This document shows positions 14,892-29,500 of a stretch of 64,000 bases of DNA, one piece after another. Location: positions 64,418,001 through 64,482,000 of the forward strand of contig OZ024741.1 of assembly GCA_964016885.1 (NCBI GenBank). Direction: 5' to 3'. The translations under genes were made by a program, and so were the position numbers. The stretch comes from Eledone cirrhosa (taxonomy: Eukaryota). The notes under the pieces were generated by a model that saw nothing but the letters and a program-made list of their open reading frames with translations, was not told the DNA's origin and searched no databases. Each line of letters starts with the position of its first letter. Positions within the stretch are counted from its first letter, which is position 1.

Positions 14892-14922
<31 letters not shown>

Positions 14923-15404
14923 AGCACACAAATAAACACATATCTTCAGTCTCAATAGAAAATCTGAACTCTGACACCTGAACTCTGACAGCTGGCCATA
15001 TTCACTGAACCAGAACATTTCTCCCAATCCTTTTCCCTTGACCACTATCTCTCCATTGTCATAACATTCACTATAGACTACAGAATAGTTTTCCAAATAA
15101 GGGCGCAAAAATGTAATGAAAACTTGTTCACGTGACAGCCAAATTTCATTTATAACCCAAAAAAAAAAAAAAAAGCCTTCGTGAGCCTCATTTTTTCAAG
15201 TAAAAAGAAATTCAAACACTCATATATGAAAAAACAACCTGTGACAACCCCCCCCCCCCCCTCTCTCTTATTTGAAGAACTATTGTAACGCGAACTGGCG
15301 CGAAATTTATTATAATTATTGACAAACCAATCAAATTACTTCTCGAAAAACCTGGTTTTCGAGCCAGTTTTTCCATATAAAACAAGTAACATTTAGAGAC
15401 CAAC

Positions 15405-15611
15405 CAGATGTGAGAAAAACCACAGACCCTCCATCTCAACTCACCTTTTGAAAAGCAGAAGAACTGCGAAACCGGTAAAGGAACCAAATAAATATATATA
15501 TTTTTAAAAAAATAAGACTTCAGTTGCATTTTCGATTTCATCCCTTTTTCTTTATACTTCCACTCGTGTAGGACACCTCGGTTATTTTTCATTTTGTAAA
15601 AAAAACCTCAC

Positions 15612-15617
<6 letters not shown>
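15405..15617 (+). mobile_element. Short PLE-derived unit with U3-A8 hammerhead (family also at 13947-14065 -, 18098-18375 foldback, 31172-31380 +)
   Basis: Shared ccatctcaactc..ttttgaaaagcag..gaaaccggtaaaggaaccaaataaata...ctcactttctaa then (TA)n. Confidence 0.8.
15444..15481 (+). ncRNA. Hammerhead ribozyme, U3-A8 core variant
   Basis: cctt TTGAAAA gcag-aagaa-ctgc GAAA ccgg TA aagg. All three stems pair; stem III ACCGGU is palindromic. Confidence 0.7.
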
Positions 15618-15690
<73 letters not shown>

Positions 15691-15851
15691 TTATATATTT
15701 GAAGATCGCGTTTAGGGTGAAAGCAACGATTCTTAGCTTAAACTTTAATCTGTTAATTTAATAAATATTTGCTCTAGGGTTCTTATATATTTGATATATA
15801 TTTATCCTTATCGAGCCCTCTTTGGATTTTAGTCTTCACATTTATTATTAT

Positions 15852-15913
<62 letters not shown>

Positions 15914-15916
<3 letters not shown>

Positions 15917-16082
15917 AAAAAAGGAAAAAATGACTTCACTTGTAGTTCTAAACAATTTGATTTAATTTTACCGAATAATATTATAAAATTAAATCATCAA
16001 ATTGTTTAGAACTACAAATCAAGTCATTATTTTTCTTTTTTCAAATATACCTAACTGTACCAAGGATTTCACACATTTTCCT
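15914..16082. repeat. Foldback palindrome (about 65-bp arms) next to (TA)n with right-hand tail
   Basis: ttgaaaaaaggaaaaaatgac... / ...gtcattattttttcttttttcaa then an unpaired tail. Confidence 0.8.
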
Positions 16083-16829
16083 GTGTGTGTGAGGGGGGGG
16101 GGGGGCGTGTGTATGTATGAATGTGTCTGATTTACTTTATACTTGTCACTATTTATTCTAAAAATAGACATATAGACTTTCGCCTCTATAAAAACAGTTT
16201 AAGGTATTAGCTTCTTAGTAACTAATAAATTCTTAATTGCGTTTTTAGTGTCCCATAAAGCTTTAATGTTTTCCCAAGGGTATTTTGAATTAGTTGGCGT
16301 TTCGGACTTGGGATATTTGGACGTGTGTTTTGTAAATATGTTATTTTTGCTATTTAATTAATTTTGATGAGATCAATACAGCAGGAATGAATATTCCTAT
16401 TGTGTTGATCGAAGCGTTCGTCAACTAATTAAATGATTTCATGTAACTTAATCATGGTTATTTTTATTCATTTTTATATATGCTCTGTGATATTATAAAA
16501 CTACTGTGGTTAGAAATTTACCGATTGAATTAGACTATGAACTGTCTTTTTACCTATCTTGCATTGAAATATTCTTTGCCTTTATATTATTGTGTTATCA
16601 ACTCGTCTAAACTATTAATATAGGATATAGATCCCATAACTCCTTGTTGAGTCGTAAATGCACCGTAATACGTTGTCTGGATCACTTTTAAACCTGGCGG
16701 AGCCCAACCCTCTCCAGGTCTGAACGCAGCCGATTTTTTCTATAGAGGAAGTATCGACCCAGTATTGGACTGGTACTAATAATATACACACATATGCATA
16801 TAAAATCGGAGACGAAATCATATAGCAAT

Positions 16830-16917
16830 CATATCTGACGATCTTTCGATTACAGAGTCAGGTTGGATCTATCAGGTCTTGCCTCGAGCTGATCGATAGT
16901 GAAACATATGTAATATG
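16830..16917 (+). ncRNA. Type I hammerhead ribozyme
   Basis: catat CTGACGA t ctttcgat...atcgatag t GAAA catatg TA atatg; then ATTAAA and (TA)n at 16971. Confidence 0.75.
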
Positions 16918-16969
16918 TTATTAAATATGTTATAATGCAACACTGAATCCTTGTACCTTTATCCTTATA

Positions 16970-17076
<107 letters not shown>

Positions 17077-17750
17077 TGTGTGTGTGTGTTTTATTGAAAC
17101 ATAAAGTACAAGTGAAAAGTAATCAAACGGGTTACACCAACAACGACAAGAAAGTGTAAAAAATCGATTAGTTTTTAGCTTTAATAGACCACCATTAATG
17201 ACAAAATACTAATTTTATATTCACATAGATATTTTCTTATCTATAACGAGACTAGACAATCTTTTTTTTTGCATTCTTTTCTTTTCTGGTGTAGCTCTTC
17301 AGTGTTTATAGCGCCATTTGCATTGCAAAGGTTTCCTAAATCTAAACGTTTTATCATGTATATATGTGTTTGTATGTGTGTGTGTGTCTCAGTGTGTGCA
17401 TTTGTGAGTTTGTGGGTATAAATGCATGTATGTATAAATGTATATAAGAGGTGTATGATGTAGAAACAATCGTGTTTTTAAACAACATTGACCGAATCAT
17501 GAATTTTTACTGTATCTTAGCTTCAAGTAAACTGCTTCAACGCAAGCTTTTGACTGTGGAAAATAGCTGAACAAGTTGAACATATAAGGAACTAGAGACG
17601 GGAAATATTTAACACCATCGTCTGTGGGTTACATTTTACCGTCTTTAGAAGCTTATATACCTAACTTGTCAGACTATTTTTCATAATAAAAAAACTACTT
17701 TGAAGCTAACATACATTCAATATGTATCTGGGGGCTGCGCGAGTGACTTG

Positions 17751-17844
<94 letters not shown>

Positions 17845-17991
17845 GTGTGTGTGTATCCATATGTGGTTGACGGGTGGGAGAAAAGAGTACTCAATACCGA
17901 AGTAGAATTTTAATATTCATTTTATTAAGGCTAAATCGTGAATCTTGTTAATCTGGAGTCTCGCCTGTTTTTCACAAGGTCATCAGACTAG

Positions 17992-18080
<89 letters not shown>

Positions 18081-18156
18081 ATTTATATATATATATAAGG
18101 AAAAAATATGAAGTCGAAAATGCAACTGTAGTCTTTTTAAGAATATTTATTTGGTT

Positions 18157-18194
18157 CCTTTACCGGTTTCGCACTTCTTGTGCTTTTCAAAAGT
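18157..18194 (-). ncRNA. Hammerhead ribozyme, U3-A8 variant (mirror copy at about 18236-18272 is damaged)
   Basis: actt TTGAAAA gcac-aagaa-gtgc GAAA ccgg TA aagg; stem II has a compensatory change versus the 15444 copy. Confidence 0.65.
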
Positions 18195-18389
18195 AGAATT
18201 GAGATGGAGGGTCACAAACCCGCCATCTCAATTCTACTTTTGAAAAGCACAAGAACTGCTAAACCGGTAAAGGAACCAAATAAATATTCTTAAAAAGACT
18301 CCAGCTGCATTTTCAACTTCATCTTTTTTCCTTATACCTTTACTCATTTTGTAAAAAAAAAAACTCAATTTCTAATATATATATATATA

Positions 18390-18690
18390 CGATATTAAAC
18401 AAATGGAAACTACATTTATAAAACCATATTTATTTCATTATATATATTTCAGGGATATTATATTAAAAATATGGTATGCCCTCTTCAGACAAAATACAAT
18501 ATATAAACAGTTTTATAAATAAATTTATAAAACTGTTTATATATTGTATTTTGTCTGAAGAGGGCATACCATATTTTTAATATGATATCCCTGAAATATA
18601 TATAATGAAATAAATATGGTTTTATAAATGTAGTTTCCATTTGTTTAATATCGTAAAATACTCCAAAATCTGTTGAGTGCTTTTATATCA
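18390..18690. mobile_element. Foldback PLE-derived unit, about 130-bp arms (18390-18653) plus tail
   Basis: cgatattaaacaaatgg... mirrored by ...ccatttgtttaatatcg; each arm carries a hammerhead. Confidence 0.85.
18547..18612 (+). ncRNA. Type I hammerhead ribozyme (mirror copy 18431-18496 on minus)
   Basis: tattttgt CTGAAGA gggcatac..atatccct GAAA tatata TA atgaaata. Confidence 0.75.
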
Positions 18691-18739
18691 GTTATAAAAT
18701 ATTTACTAGTTGTAACCCAACAATTTTAAATAAAATGTT

Positions 18740-19516
<777 letters not shown>

Positions 19517-19769
19517 CAAGGGTGTGTATGATTGTGTATAGAAGATTATATTAATAAAAGGAATTCCAGCTTTGTCTGATTTACTCGTTTTATTTACAAT
19601 CCTTTAAAATTTATAATGGTATTAGAATGAAATAGTGGTAGAATATTAAATGTCAAGGGTTAATTGAACAAGTACTTTCATGTAAATCAGACAAAGTTGG
19701 AATTCCTTTTATTAATATAATCTTCTATACACAATCATACACACCCTTGTATATTTATCTACCTATCTA

Positions 19770-19908
<139 letters not shown>

Positions 19909-19957
19909 TATATATATATATATATATAATATATACATATATATATATATATATATA

Positions 19958-20049
<92 letters not shown>

Positions 20050-20865
20050 TGTGTGTGTGTGTGTGTATGTATATTATATATATGTATATATATATATATA
20101 GTGTGTGTGTATGTGTGTGTGGTTTTATTTGGCCATTATGAAAACTGTGTAAAGAAAAAAGATTATCAAGGAAACAACAAAGAAGGCGTTCTTCATTCTT
20201 TTCTCAAAAACAATTTTAAACATTAAAATAGAAATAATATATAGAAATATATAGGTATCATAATCAAATTTAAGTATATTTGATATGAGGAAAAAAGAAT
20301 ATAGCGAAAATTCTAAGAAGCAGAACAAACTATTTTAATGCGCAAACGATAAAAAAAAATTCATCGTGTAAAAGCAAATACGTAAATATATTATGTATGG
20401 CTCAGTAGCTGCTGGTGGAATTATAGGAGCAGTGCCGTCACATACAGCATGTCTTGTGTATTTAAATATGGTGAAGCCCGTATTTTTCTCTCCAGATATG
20501 AATAAAAGCACCAGTCCAGTACTGGGGTCAATTCTTTCTCTAAATCACATTCTCATGTTCACTTCCTCACACTCTTTTTCTCCTTCTCTGGAAAAAATCA
20601 ACTGTGAGGGAGTGAAAATGAGAATGTGATATAGTGGAAGAATTGACCCCAGTACTGGACTGGTGCTTTTTATATCGACCTTGAAAGGATGAAAGGTAAA
20701 GTTGATTTTAATTCAGATACCGCAAACAGTCTGAACGATTAACCTATGTTTTAACGACTCTACCAATTCGCCACCTATATAAATAGCTATATCAAAACCA
20801 TAAATATAGTTGTCAATAGTTTAATTTTATTTGATTATCATTTTCAATGCATTTAAGTAAAAGAA

Positions 20866-21190
20866 CAGATGTGTGGCAAAATCTGCCTGTCATAGGCTGG
20901 ACTTCAGTCTAAGAGCACAAAGTATGGCACTTTCTACAGACTACAGAACATACATAACAGTTTACCATTATAAATTCCACATATGCCACAAGATCTATAA
21001 TTCTCAAGCTGGTCTAAAGAGACATTTAAACGTTCATCAAGATCAGAAAACACAGGCAGTTCAAACTGCACCAAAACCAATATGCAATTTATGTGAGCAT
21101 CTTTTTAAAAGTATGTCTGGTCTAAAAAGTCACATAAGATCTCATGCACACTGAAGTCATCAAGTTTTGTATTGAGCAGACAACCAATAT
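20866..21190 (+). mobile_element. 3' end of RTE-like LINE with tandem C2H2-type fingers
   Basis: CGKICLS*AGL (broken), [40 protein letters not shown], then a short 3' UTR into microsatellite. Confidence 0.55.
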
Positions 21191-21196
21191 ACATAC

Positions 21197-21283
<87 letters not shown>

Positions 21284-21287
21284 TATA

Positions 21288-21369
21288 TATATTAATCTGT
21301 CTATCGATCGATCGATCTACCCATGTATATATATATATACATATATATGCACATTCATATATATTCAAC

Positions 21370-21448
<79 letters not shown>

Positions 21449-21467
21449 TATACACACACATATATAT

Positions 21468-21523
<56 letters not shown>

Positions 21524-21600
21524 ATGTTGAATATATATGTATGTGTGTATGTATGTATATATACATGGGTAGATCGATCGATCGATAGATAGATTAATAT
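21288..21600. repeat. Foldback palindrome within compound microsatellite
   Basis: attaatctgtctatcgatcgatcgatctacccatg mirrored at 21563-21598. Confidence 0.8.
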
Positions 21601-22588
21601 ATAGCAAAGAGAATTTGTGTATATATATATCCATAGCAGAAGGCCAGTTTGACACCAACAGAGCTGAACATTTGCATATCGGCACATCTTCAGAAGGTAA
21701 CGAACATGGGTTATGTAACTATTTTTCTGAAATTTGTTTTATTAAAGTCCTTTCAAAACAACAGAAAATACAATATACCATCCTCCGAATACTACAATAC
21801 ATATTGAAAATATTCACTGCTTTTTACAATAATTAATATAGTGCAGTTATATATTCTACACACCAGCATTGGGTTCAGTCCCGCTGCGTGGTATCTTGGG
21901 CAACATCTACGACAGCCTTGAGGTGATCAATGCTTTGTAAGTGGAATTCGGTATACAGAAACTACAAGGTTCGTCATATATAAATACATGCGTGTGTGAT
22001 AGTGTGTCCAGCCTAGTCTTCACCTTTGTGCCTGTGTCAGCGTAAGATGTTCGACAAAAAGTGTTTGATAAAGTACTGAATTTGAAACATATGTACTGTG
22101 GTCGATATGATTGACTATATTAAGGCAGTGCTCCACCATAGCCGCAGTCTCATGAGTGAAAACAGTAAAAATAAAAAATAAAATAATAAAAAGTAGTAAA
22201 AGAATAACGTTTTCCCAGAAAATAAAAATATATGTAAAAGTAAAATATTATTTTAGATTCTATATTTGTTTATTTGTATATTTGTATATTTTTTTACACA
22301 TGTTTATGATGCTCTACTTTATCTGGTTACAAACATCCACCGACCAACTCGAAACTGTTGGCATCCTTTTTAAGTAATTCATCCCAAATATATTGGATCA
22401 ATGGAGTTTTCGTTTATTCTAGGTATTAATAAACACGAGCAAGACCGGGTACAAGAATATATGTATATTGAAAATGCATTTTTAACTTTTCTTTATATAT
22501 ATAGATAGTTGATAAATGAAACAAAACAAACACGGGGATGCAAGAATATAAAGTTATATTAGCTTCACACTTGGGGGAAGTGGAATAT

Positions 22589-22653
<65 letters not shown>

Positions 22654-22766
22654 ATAAACGTTTGGAGTTAGAAGGCGAAAACAATGCAGGTATGGATATA
22701 GAATATAAATACAAATGCAAAAGATATTGCTGACAATTAGTCTTTTACCTTAAATTTATTTGAATA

Positions 22767-22803
22767 TCCTTAATTTTCGAGATAATATCTCTTCTTCGGA
22801 GGA
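22767..22803 (-). ncRNA. Minimal hammerhead-like motif (CCGAAGA core); degenerate sibling at about 5510-5552
   Basis: tcct CCGAAGA a gagat-att-atctc GAAA at TA agga. Confidence 0.55.
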
Positions 22804-22829
22804 AAGTAAAGGGGTTAATCCAGTGTTCT

Positions 22830-23526
22830 AATTAGCTTGCCAAGTCATGCTGACAGGAAATACCATTTTGACGAAGAAACTTTGTGATCTCTGTCTTACC
22901 GAAGCATATTACATAACTCTATCACGACCTCTACCGATTAATGATAGAACGGAGGTAACTATTAGCTGTCAACATCGAAGGGCTAATTCCTTCGCCAACA
23001 GAATATTTGACCCAACATAGTCATCTATTCCCATTTTTGCTTATAGCTAATAAGTTAAATAGTTATAGCTAACTTAATAATTATAAGTTACCTCCCTTAT
23101 ATTGTCTTTCACTTAAACTCATTAGCACTTCTTAACTATAAACTACCCACAATTTCTAATTTCTCGAGGAGTTTCTTCCCCTGAAACCACCCTCTAATTA
23201 GTAAGATAAATATGTCCTTTGGCGGCCATCTTGTTACCCATAGGCAGATCTCACATAATGCAGCCTCGACAGAAGAATATTGCTCGCCTATGGCAGACAA
23301 TAGATATACCCAGGACACCATAGTGAAATACCAATATATAGAACATTACATTCATGTAACCATCTTTTTTTACCTTAATTTATATTTCTTTTGAAGTTCC
23401 GATGAACTGCTCCAATTTTACCTAAGTTAATTATCTTCAACTGAACCAGATCAATAATGATCTATAATCATTTTATCCAGAAACATTATATGGAGTAGCG
23501 AAACAATTGTAAACGGACATTATTAG

Positions 23527-23557
<31 letters not shown>

Positions 23558-23560
23558 TTA
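22830..23560 (+). mobile_element. 3' end of Hydra-clade PLE (ORF C-terminus, 3' region with hammerhead)
   Basis: KKLCDLCLTEAYYI....INDRTEVTISCQHR motif at 22875-22980. Confidence 0.65.
23396..23514 (+). ncRNA. Hammerhead ribozyme with long stem II insertion (CCGATGA core)
   Basis: gtt CCGATGA a ctgctcca..(about 75 nt)..tggagtag c GAAA caattg TA aac. Confidence 0.6.
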
Positions 23561-23797
23561 TTATTATTATTATTATTATTATGAGTTCAAATCCCGCCGA
23601 GGTTTACTTTACCTTTCATCCTTACGGAGTCGATGAAATAAAGTACCAGTAATGCACTGAGTAATTGCTGGCCTTGTGCCTAAACTAGAAACAATTATTA
23701 TTATTCTTTACATTCCTTACATTAAACTAAAACTATGTTGACAATCTTTTAATAATGTCTTCCTTGTGAAATTTGTGGTCTTGTTTTGCTTAACTAA

Positions 23798-23918
<121 letters not shown>

Positions 23919-24089
23919 ATATATATATATATCAGGTGATATATATATATATATATATATATCACCTCTCAAAGTCAATGACACACGACCGTGACTTCTG
24001 GCGTCACGCAGTAATACAGGGTACCCGACCTCCCATGGGTACATGCTGAAGCATATAAACAATATGCCCCCCCCCCCCCCCGCAAGGTG

Positions 24090-24345
24090 GTCGTGGAGGT
24101 GCCACGGCAAAAAAGCACCCAGCCCACACTGTAAAGTGGACGTGTAGGCGCCACGAAAAAGCACCCAGCACTCACTGTAAATGAGGTTGGTGTTAGGAAG
24201 GGCATCCAGCTGTAGAAATCAAGCCAGATCAGTTCCTGTATGAGCAAGGCATGGTCAGCCGACCAGACACTGCCCACAACAGGACAACCCGTCTAACCCA
24301 TGCTAGCGTGGAAGAACGGACGTAAAACGGTGATGATGATGATAT
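24090..24345 (+). mobile_element. SINE/LINE-3'-type repeat with (GAT)n tail (also 59295-59490; stub at about 25222-25257)
   Basis: ggttggtgttaggaagggcatccagc...cccatgc.agcgtggaaga.ggacgt.aaacg(atg)n in both copies. Confidence 0.75.
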
Positions 24346-24434
24346 ATATATAAAGTAGAAATTAAAAATGCATTTTCAAATTCTTTTCTCTATATTTCTA
24401 CCTGTGTTCAATAAAAAAAAATAAACATTCTTTC

Positions 24435-24568
<134 letters not shown>

Positions 24569-24905
24569 ACATACATGATGGCTGCAAACTCTACTAAGAG
24601 TATTGCAATCGCTTGTCAGATTTTAGTTTGGAGCACTTTTAGGTTACGGTCAGCTACACGAACCTGTAACATATCCTGAACAAGCAATGCCTTGTATGTA
24701 CATACATACATCCGTTCATACCATGTATGTACATACATACATACATACATACATACATACATACAGAGAGAGCAGGAATGCGTGAGTGAGGGAGACAAGC
24801 AGAAACAGACTTACACATACGCACGCATGCATACACAGAATACACACACACACACAGAATAAGGCACTTATATAATTATTATTTGTGCGTGTGTAAAGAG
24901 GGGCT

Positions 24906-25070
24906 TTAACATTCTCCAGATTTCAGCCTGGAATAACCAAGGTTCTGTAGACTGTTAGGGTTCTTCATTTTCCTCCAAATCACGATAATAATGACTGTCA
25001 TTACAAAAATTAAGACAGTTGCCAATGTCGTGGCCAGAGCGACTATATTCGTGGTACTTGACACGTGTAT
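24906..25070 (-). CDS. Putative last coding exon of host type I membrane protein (TM helix, RKMK, YSRL, stop)
   Basis: Acceptor tattttacag|; phase 0; IHVSSTTNIVALATTLATVLIFVMTVIIIVIWRKMKNPNSLQNLGYSRLKSGEC*. Confidence 0.75.
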   Translation of the reverse strand: MHVSSTTNIVALATTLATVLIFVMTVIIIVIWRKMKNPNSLQNLGYSRLKSGEC

Positions 25071-25306
25071 CTGTAAAATATGGAAGACAAAATGTATTAA
25101 GAGATATTTCAGAATACTCATTTATATATATGCATATATATGTGTATGTACGTGTGTGAGTGTGCGTGTGTGTGTGTGTGTGTGCTCGCGTACGCGAGCA
25201 CACACAGACACACACACTCGCCTCCATGCTAGCGTTAAACGATGATGATGATGATGATATATATATATATATATATGCGTGTGTGTGTGTGTCATTATTA
25301 TTAATA

Positions 25307-25695
25307 GGGCGGGGAATTGGCAGTATCGGTAGAGAGTCGGACGCCATGCTTTCTAGCATAGTTACGTCCCTTTACAGTCTGAGTTCAAATCCCGCCGAGG
25401 TTAACTTTGCCTTTCATCCTTACGGGGTCGATAAAATAAAGTACCAGTAATGTACTGGGTGATTGCTGACCTTGTGCCTAAAGTAGAAACAATTATTATT
25501 AATAATAATTGTTTCTACTTTAGGCACAAGGTCAGCAATCACCCAGTACATTACTGGTACTTTATTTTATCGACCCCGTAAGGATGAAAGGCAAAGTTAA
25601 CCTCGGCGGGATTTGAACTCAGACTGTAAAGGGACGTAACTATGCTAGAAAGCATGGCGTCCGACTCTCTACCGATACTACCAATTCACCGCCCT
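25307..25695. mobile_element. Tail-to-tail inverted SINE pair forming a near-perfect palindrome with about 195-bp arms
   Basis: Arms 25307-25500 and 25501-25695; centre aattattatt|aataataatt; about 2 mismatches seen. Confidence 0.92.
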
Positions 25696-25819
25696 ATTAT
25701 TATTAATAATAATATTCGAAAAACTCAGATTTATATTTCTTGTATTCAGTCATGTAGAGCCATAAAACTATTTGTTATATATATATATTTTTCATCTAAA
25801 GACATTTTTTCCAATTCCA

Positions 25820-25950
25820 GCCCGCCCGTCCCTCCAATCTATCTTATTTCTCATTTTTTCTTTTGATGAAGGACTAGCGTCTGAAATGTTAAGACCCTCT
25901 TCCTGCTATTTCAAGCGTTAACCTAATATATTCCTTCCATATACTGTACC
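25820..25950 (+). mobile_element. Short PLE-derived unit, homolog of 51955-52095 (-), with mutated hammerhead at 25858-25894
   Basis: TTGATGA aggac-tagc-gtct GAAA tgtta aga; downstream ccctcttcctgcta..tcaagcgttaacctaatata is shared. Confidence 0.7.
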
Positions 25951-26866
25951 GATTGTGTTGTTATTTCTGTTTACCTTTTACATATATATATATATATATA
26001 TCTTTCCATCACTCCCCCAAACCACCTCGGAACTCTCTTCCTGCCCACCTTTCTCCAGATGAAGGGCTTATGCCCGAAACGTCGTCCCCCCCCCCCTTCC
26101 CACTCGCAAGCGTGAAATTAATAATAACATTTGTACTGCCTCTTCACTTCCACGTTTTTTTTTTGTTATTTTTTGTTTTCTGTTTATTGTCTCATCCTTT
26201 TAAAATATATATATATATATATATAACTTTAATTTGTTTCGGTTAATATTGGCCCACGCCATTTCTAACTTAATATCCTCACCTTGTGAAGTATTTCGAA
26301 TCCATGCTTCATACCTCAATCATGCTTTGGATACCATGGCCTACTCCAGAAAAGAGTTACTTATGGTATACAAATTTGCTACTTCAGTTTCCTATTTAGG
26401 CCATGATTTGAACACTCATATAGTTCAAATTTGCATGACATCTATTCATTAGGCAAAACAAAATTGGCTTTTAATGTAATAAATGATTAAAAAAATCAAG
26501 CTGAAACAAAAATCTGTAGAAGGAGCTGTAACTAGTTTTTGTAAATGAATGTATGCCCTTTGACTACATTTCAAATGGGGTAAACAATTAGAAAAGGTCA
26601 AGAAAGGTATTCTTACATTCTTCCTTAATTAAATAGCCTTTTAATTAGCTTACTATTCGAATATACTTACCCATCCACTTCTTGCTGTTTAGATTATACC
26701 GGCTACTCATATTCGCTTTCATTCTCCCGTCTTATAAAGTATTAAATCTCGGAATTGAGGTGCAGTATAAATTCATTGAAAATTTATTAACTGATATACT
26801 TCATGATAATTTTGTTGATCCAGGATAGTGATACAGTCTGAACTTAATTTATTTACAAATCTAATA

Positions 26867-27056
26867 ATTGTTTCTACTTTTGGTACAAGGTCAGCAATTA
26901 TCTTAGTGTATTACAGGTACTTTATTTCATCGACCACGTAAGGATGAAAGGCAAAGCTAACCTTGGCAGGATTTGCACTCAGAACATAAAGGGCCATAAC
27001 TCTATGCTGCGAAGCATGGTGTCCGACGCTCTACCGATTCTGCCAATCCACCGCCT
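26867..27056 (-). mobile_element. tRNA-derived SINE
   Basis: Reverse complement of the 6381 family. Confidence 0.85.
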
Positions 27057-27422
27057 ACAAATCTAATGATATACATTCAGAAGCAGGTGTTATGTCACGT
27101 TGAAGCTACCTATAATTTCTGTTTATATTTCTGCAATAATTTATATAAGACTAGCAGTGGTACCCGGCGTTGCACGGGATAAGGTATTGTGAAATATATA
27201 ACCGCCTTAGCTAAGCTTAGTATTGCCACAACCACAGCTGGCAAAGAAGTAAGGGTCTGGTGGTACGTAAGTAAGCAACACTGTGGCTTAAAACATGAGG
27301 AAGAAGTTGTGTGCACTTACCAACTGTTTGGGAATGAGTGGGAGATTTGTCTTGAGCAAGGGTGGCGGAATAACCGGAGGCAGCAGACAGCCAGACATAC
27401 AGACAGATTCGTGATTTACTCT

Positions 27423-27830
27423 ATGACTACGAGGGAGGGTAATAGTCTAAAGAAGCACATGACACTATCTGTAACCCAGAAACTGGACCTTAAAAGGAAG
27501 TTAGATGTTATTCTTTGGTGGCGAGAGGTTGTGAAATGTATGATATTAAATCGTAGTTTTAGATACACACAAGGCTAAGGATAAATCCATTGCATTTTCT
27601 GCGGAAGATAATGCTAATTCGAAATCTAAATCATCTTCTTTTGGTAGGAAGAAGTGGACGAGGGTTGTAGAAGATATAAATCTTGAGAAGGCAATGACGA
27701 AATGGTTTATCAATCAGCAATCCTATAGTAAACCTCCGTGGGTATAGAAACTAAAGTGATGCTATTGTGACAGCTAGGCATATTGGCATGAAGAATGTTG
27801 TAGCTTATGAAGACGACGAACCATGGCCTG
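27423..27830 (+). pseudogene. pogo/Tigger (CENP-B/Jerky-like HTH) transposase remnant
   Basis: KKHMTLSVTQKLDL, later LEKAMTKWF across frameshifts. Confidence 0.55.
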
Positions 27831-27924
27831 AGAAATCCGAACAAGTTAAGTATACGGGAATATCTTGATAACCTTATTTCGTACTCTGACTTCTCATCAG
27901 AAACTTTTGTTCTGAAATATTATT

Positions 27925-28135
27925 GGCAGAATCGATAGAGCGTCATACACTATGCTTTTCAGCGTAGAATTATGGCCCTTTACGTTCTAAGTTCAAACCC
28001 TGCCGAGGTTAGCTTTGCCTTTCGTCGTTACGTGGTCGATAAAATAAAGCACCAGTAATGCACTGGGTCGATTTACTCGACTTTCCCCTCCTCTTCAAAT
28101 TGCTGGCATTGTGTCTAAAGTAGAAACAATTATTA
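27925..28135 (+). mobile_element. tRNA-derived SINE
   Basis: Same family as 6381. Confidence 0.83.
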
Positions 28136-28659
28136 ACTACTGGAACTACTGATGATGATGAGGGGAACATGGGTAGAGAGGGGTAGGGGATGGAGCTGAA
28201 AACTGCTGTTGCTACTGCTTCTGCTACTAGTGTTAATGATGATGATGATGATGATGAGGATGTTGGTGGTGGTATGGGTGATGATGATAATGATGATCAC
28301 GGTGATACTGATGTTGATGCTGCTGATGATGAGGAGGAGGTAGCGATGAATCCGTAACTCCTGGTGGAGGTCGTTGGGGTGCAGTAGTCATGAGCATTTT
28401 AAGCCTCCTGAAGCCCGTCCCCTATCCACGACCGAATACAAATGATTTCTTTCAAAGAAGGAGAGAAAGTGATAGTGAGTAACTGAGAATGAGATATGTA
28501 GGAAGACAAGAGCCCAGTACTTTTTATCGACCTCGAAAAGATGATAGAAAAGGTTGAGCTCTCAGAGCCTAGAGAGCAGGAAGCAATGATGTAAGCATTC
28601 TATCCGATGTTCTAAACGACTCAGCCAATTCGCCGCTTGTGAAGATGATGATAATGATA

Positions 28660-28877
28660 TTGTTTCTACTTTAGGCACAAGGCCAACACGTTTTGGAGAG
28701 GGGAAAGTCGATTAAATCGACCCCAGCGCGTGACTGGTACTTTATTTTATCGACCCCGTAAGGATGAAAGGCAAAGTTAACCTCGGTGGGATTTGAACTC
28801 AGATCATAAAGGGGCGTAACTCTATGCTGCAAAGCATAGTGTCCGACGCTCTACCGATTCTGCCAATCCACCGCCCT
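28660..28877 (-). mobile_element. tRNA-derived SINE
   Basis: Same family, reverse orientation, in a (GAT)n context. Confidence 0.85.
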
Positions 28878-28917
28878 GATGATGATAATGATATTAAAAA
28901 TAGTTTTGTCTTCTCAC

Positions 28918-29194
28918 CGTTTTCTTGAATGATCCTGATTGTTTATCAAAGCCATCGTACTGTTCTCCCGTTTGTTGATTGGCAATTGAATCTTCGAATG
29001 GTTTTTCGGTGCCTGTGTCAAACTGTATAGTGACTGCGCTCGATATCGGTTGGCCTTCCTGGGTAGCTAACCGATGCAATAATATCGAAGTTGATGAAGT
29101 TGCCGGCACAGGGTTCATTTTTCCGTGAGAGCAGTTGAGTGCGCATTGCTTGTGACTAGATAGGGACTTAATAAACCACTTCCAAGGTTTGAAG
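28918..29194 (-). CDS. Putative internal exon of host gene (Cys pair plus S/T-rich stalk)
   Basis: Acceptor acttttcag|, donor acg|GTGAGA; 277 nt open: FKPWKWFIKSLSSHKQCALNCSHGKMNPVPATSSTS...GSFKKT; phase 2 in, phase 0 out. Confidence 0.7.
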
Positions 29195-29279
29195 CTGAAA
29201 AGTATAAAAATTACTTAGAATGAAGGGATACGTGGATCGAGGATTGAAAAACAAAGATATATCTCCCTCACTCTCTCCC

Positions 29280-29342
<63 letters not shown>

Positions 29343-29347
<5 letters not shown>

Positions 29348-29500
29348 AAATATCTGTAGGTCTGAAAAAACTCATATACGCGCTTGAAGATTATGTCACA
29401 ATTTTGATCCCTCTTACATTCTGTGAATATGGTCAATATTGAGCCTTGAAATATTAGGCAGCACATTTGCTCCGTGTATGAACATAAATAAATAATATAT
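29343..29500. repeat. Dispersed inverted repeat partner of about 33615-33773
   Basis: Both translate to the same MCCLIFQGSILTIFTECKRDQNCD string on opposite strands. Confidence 0.85.
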
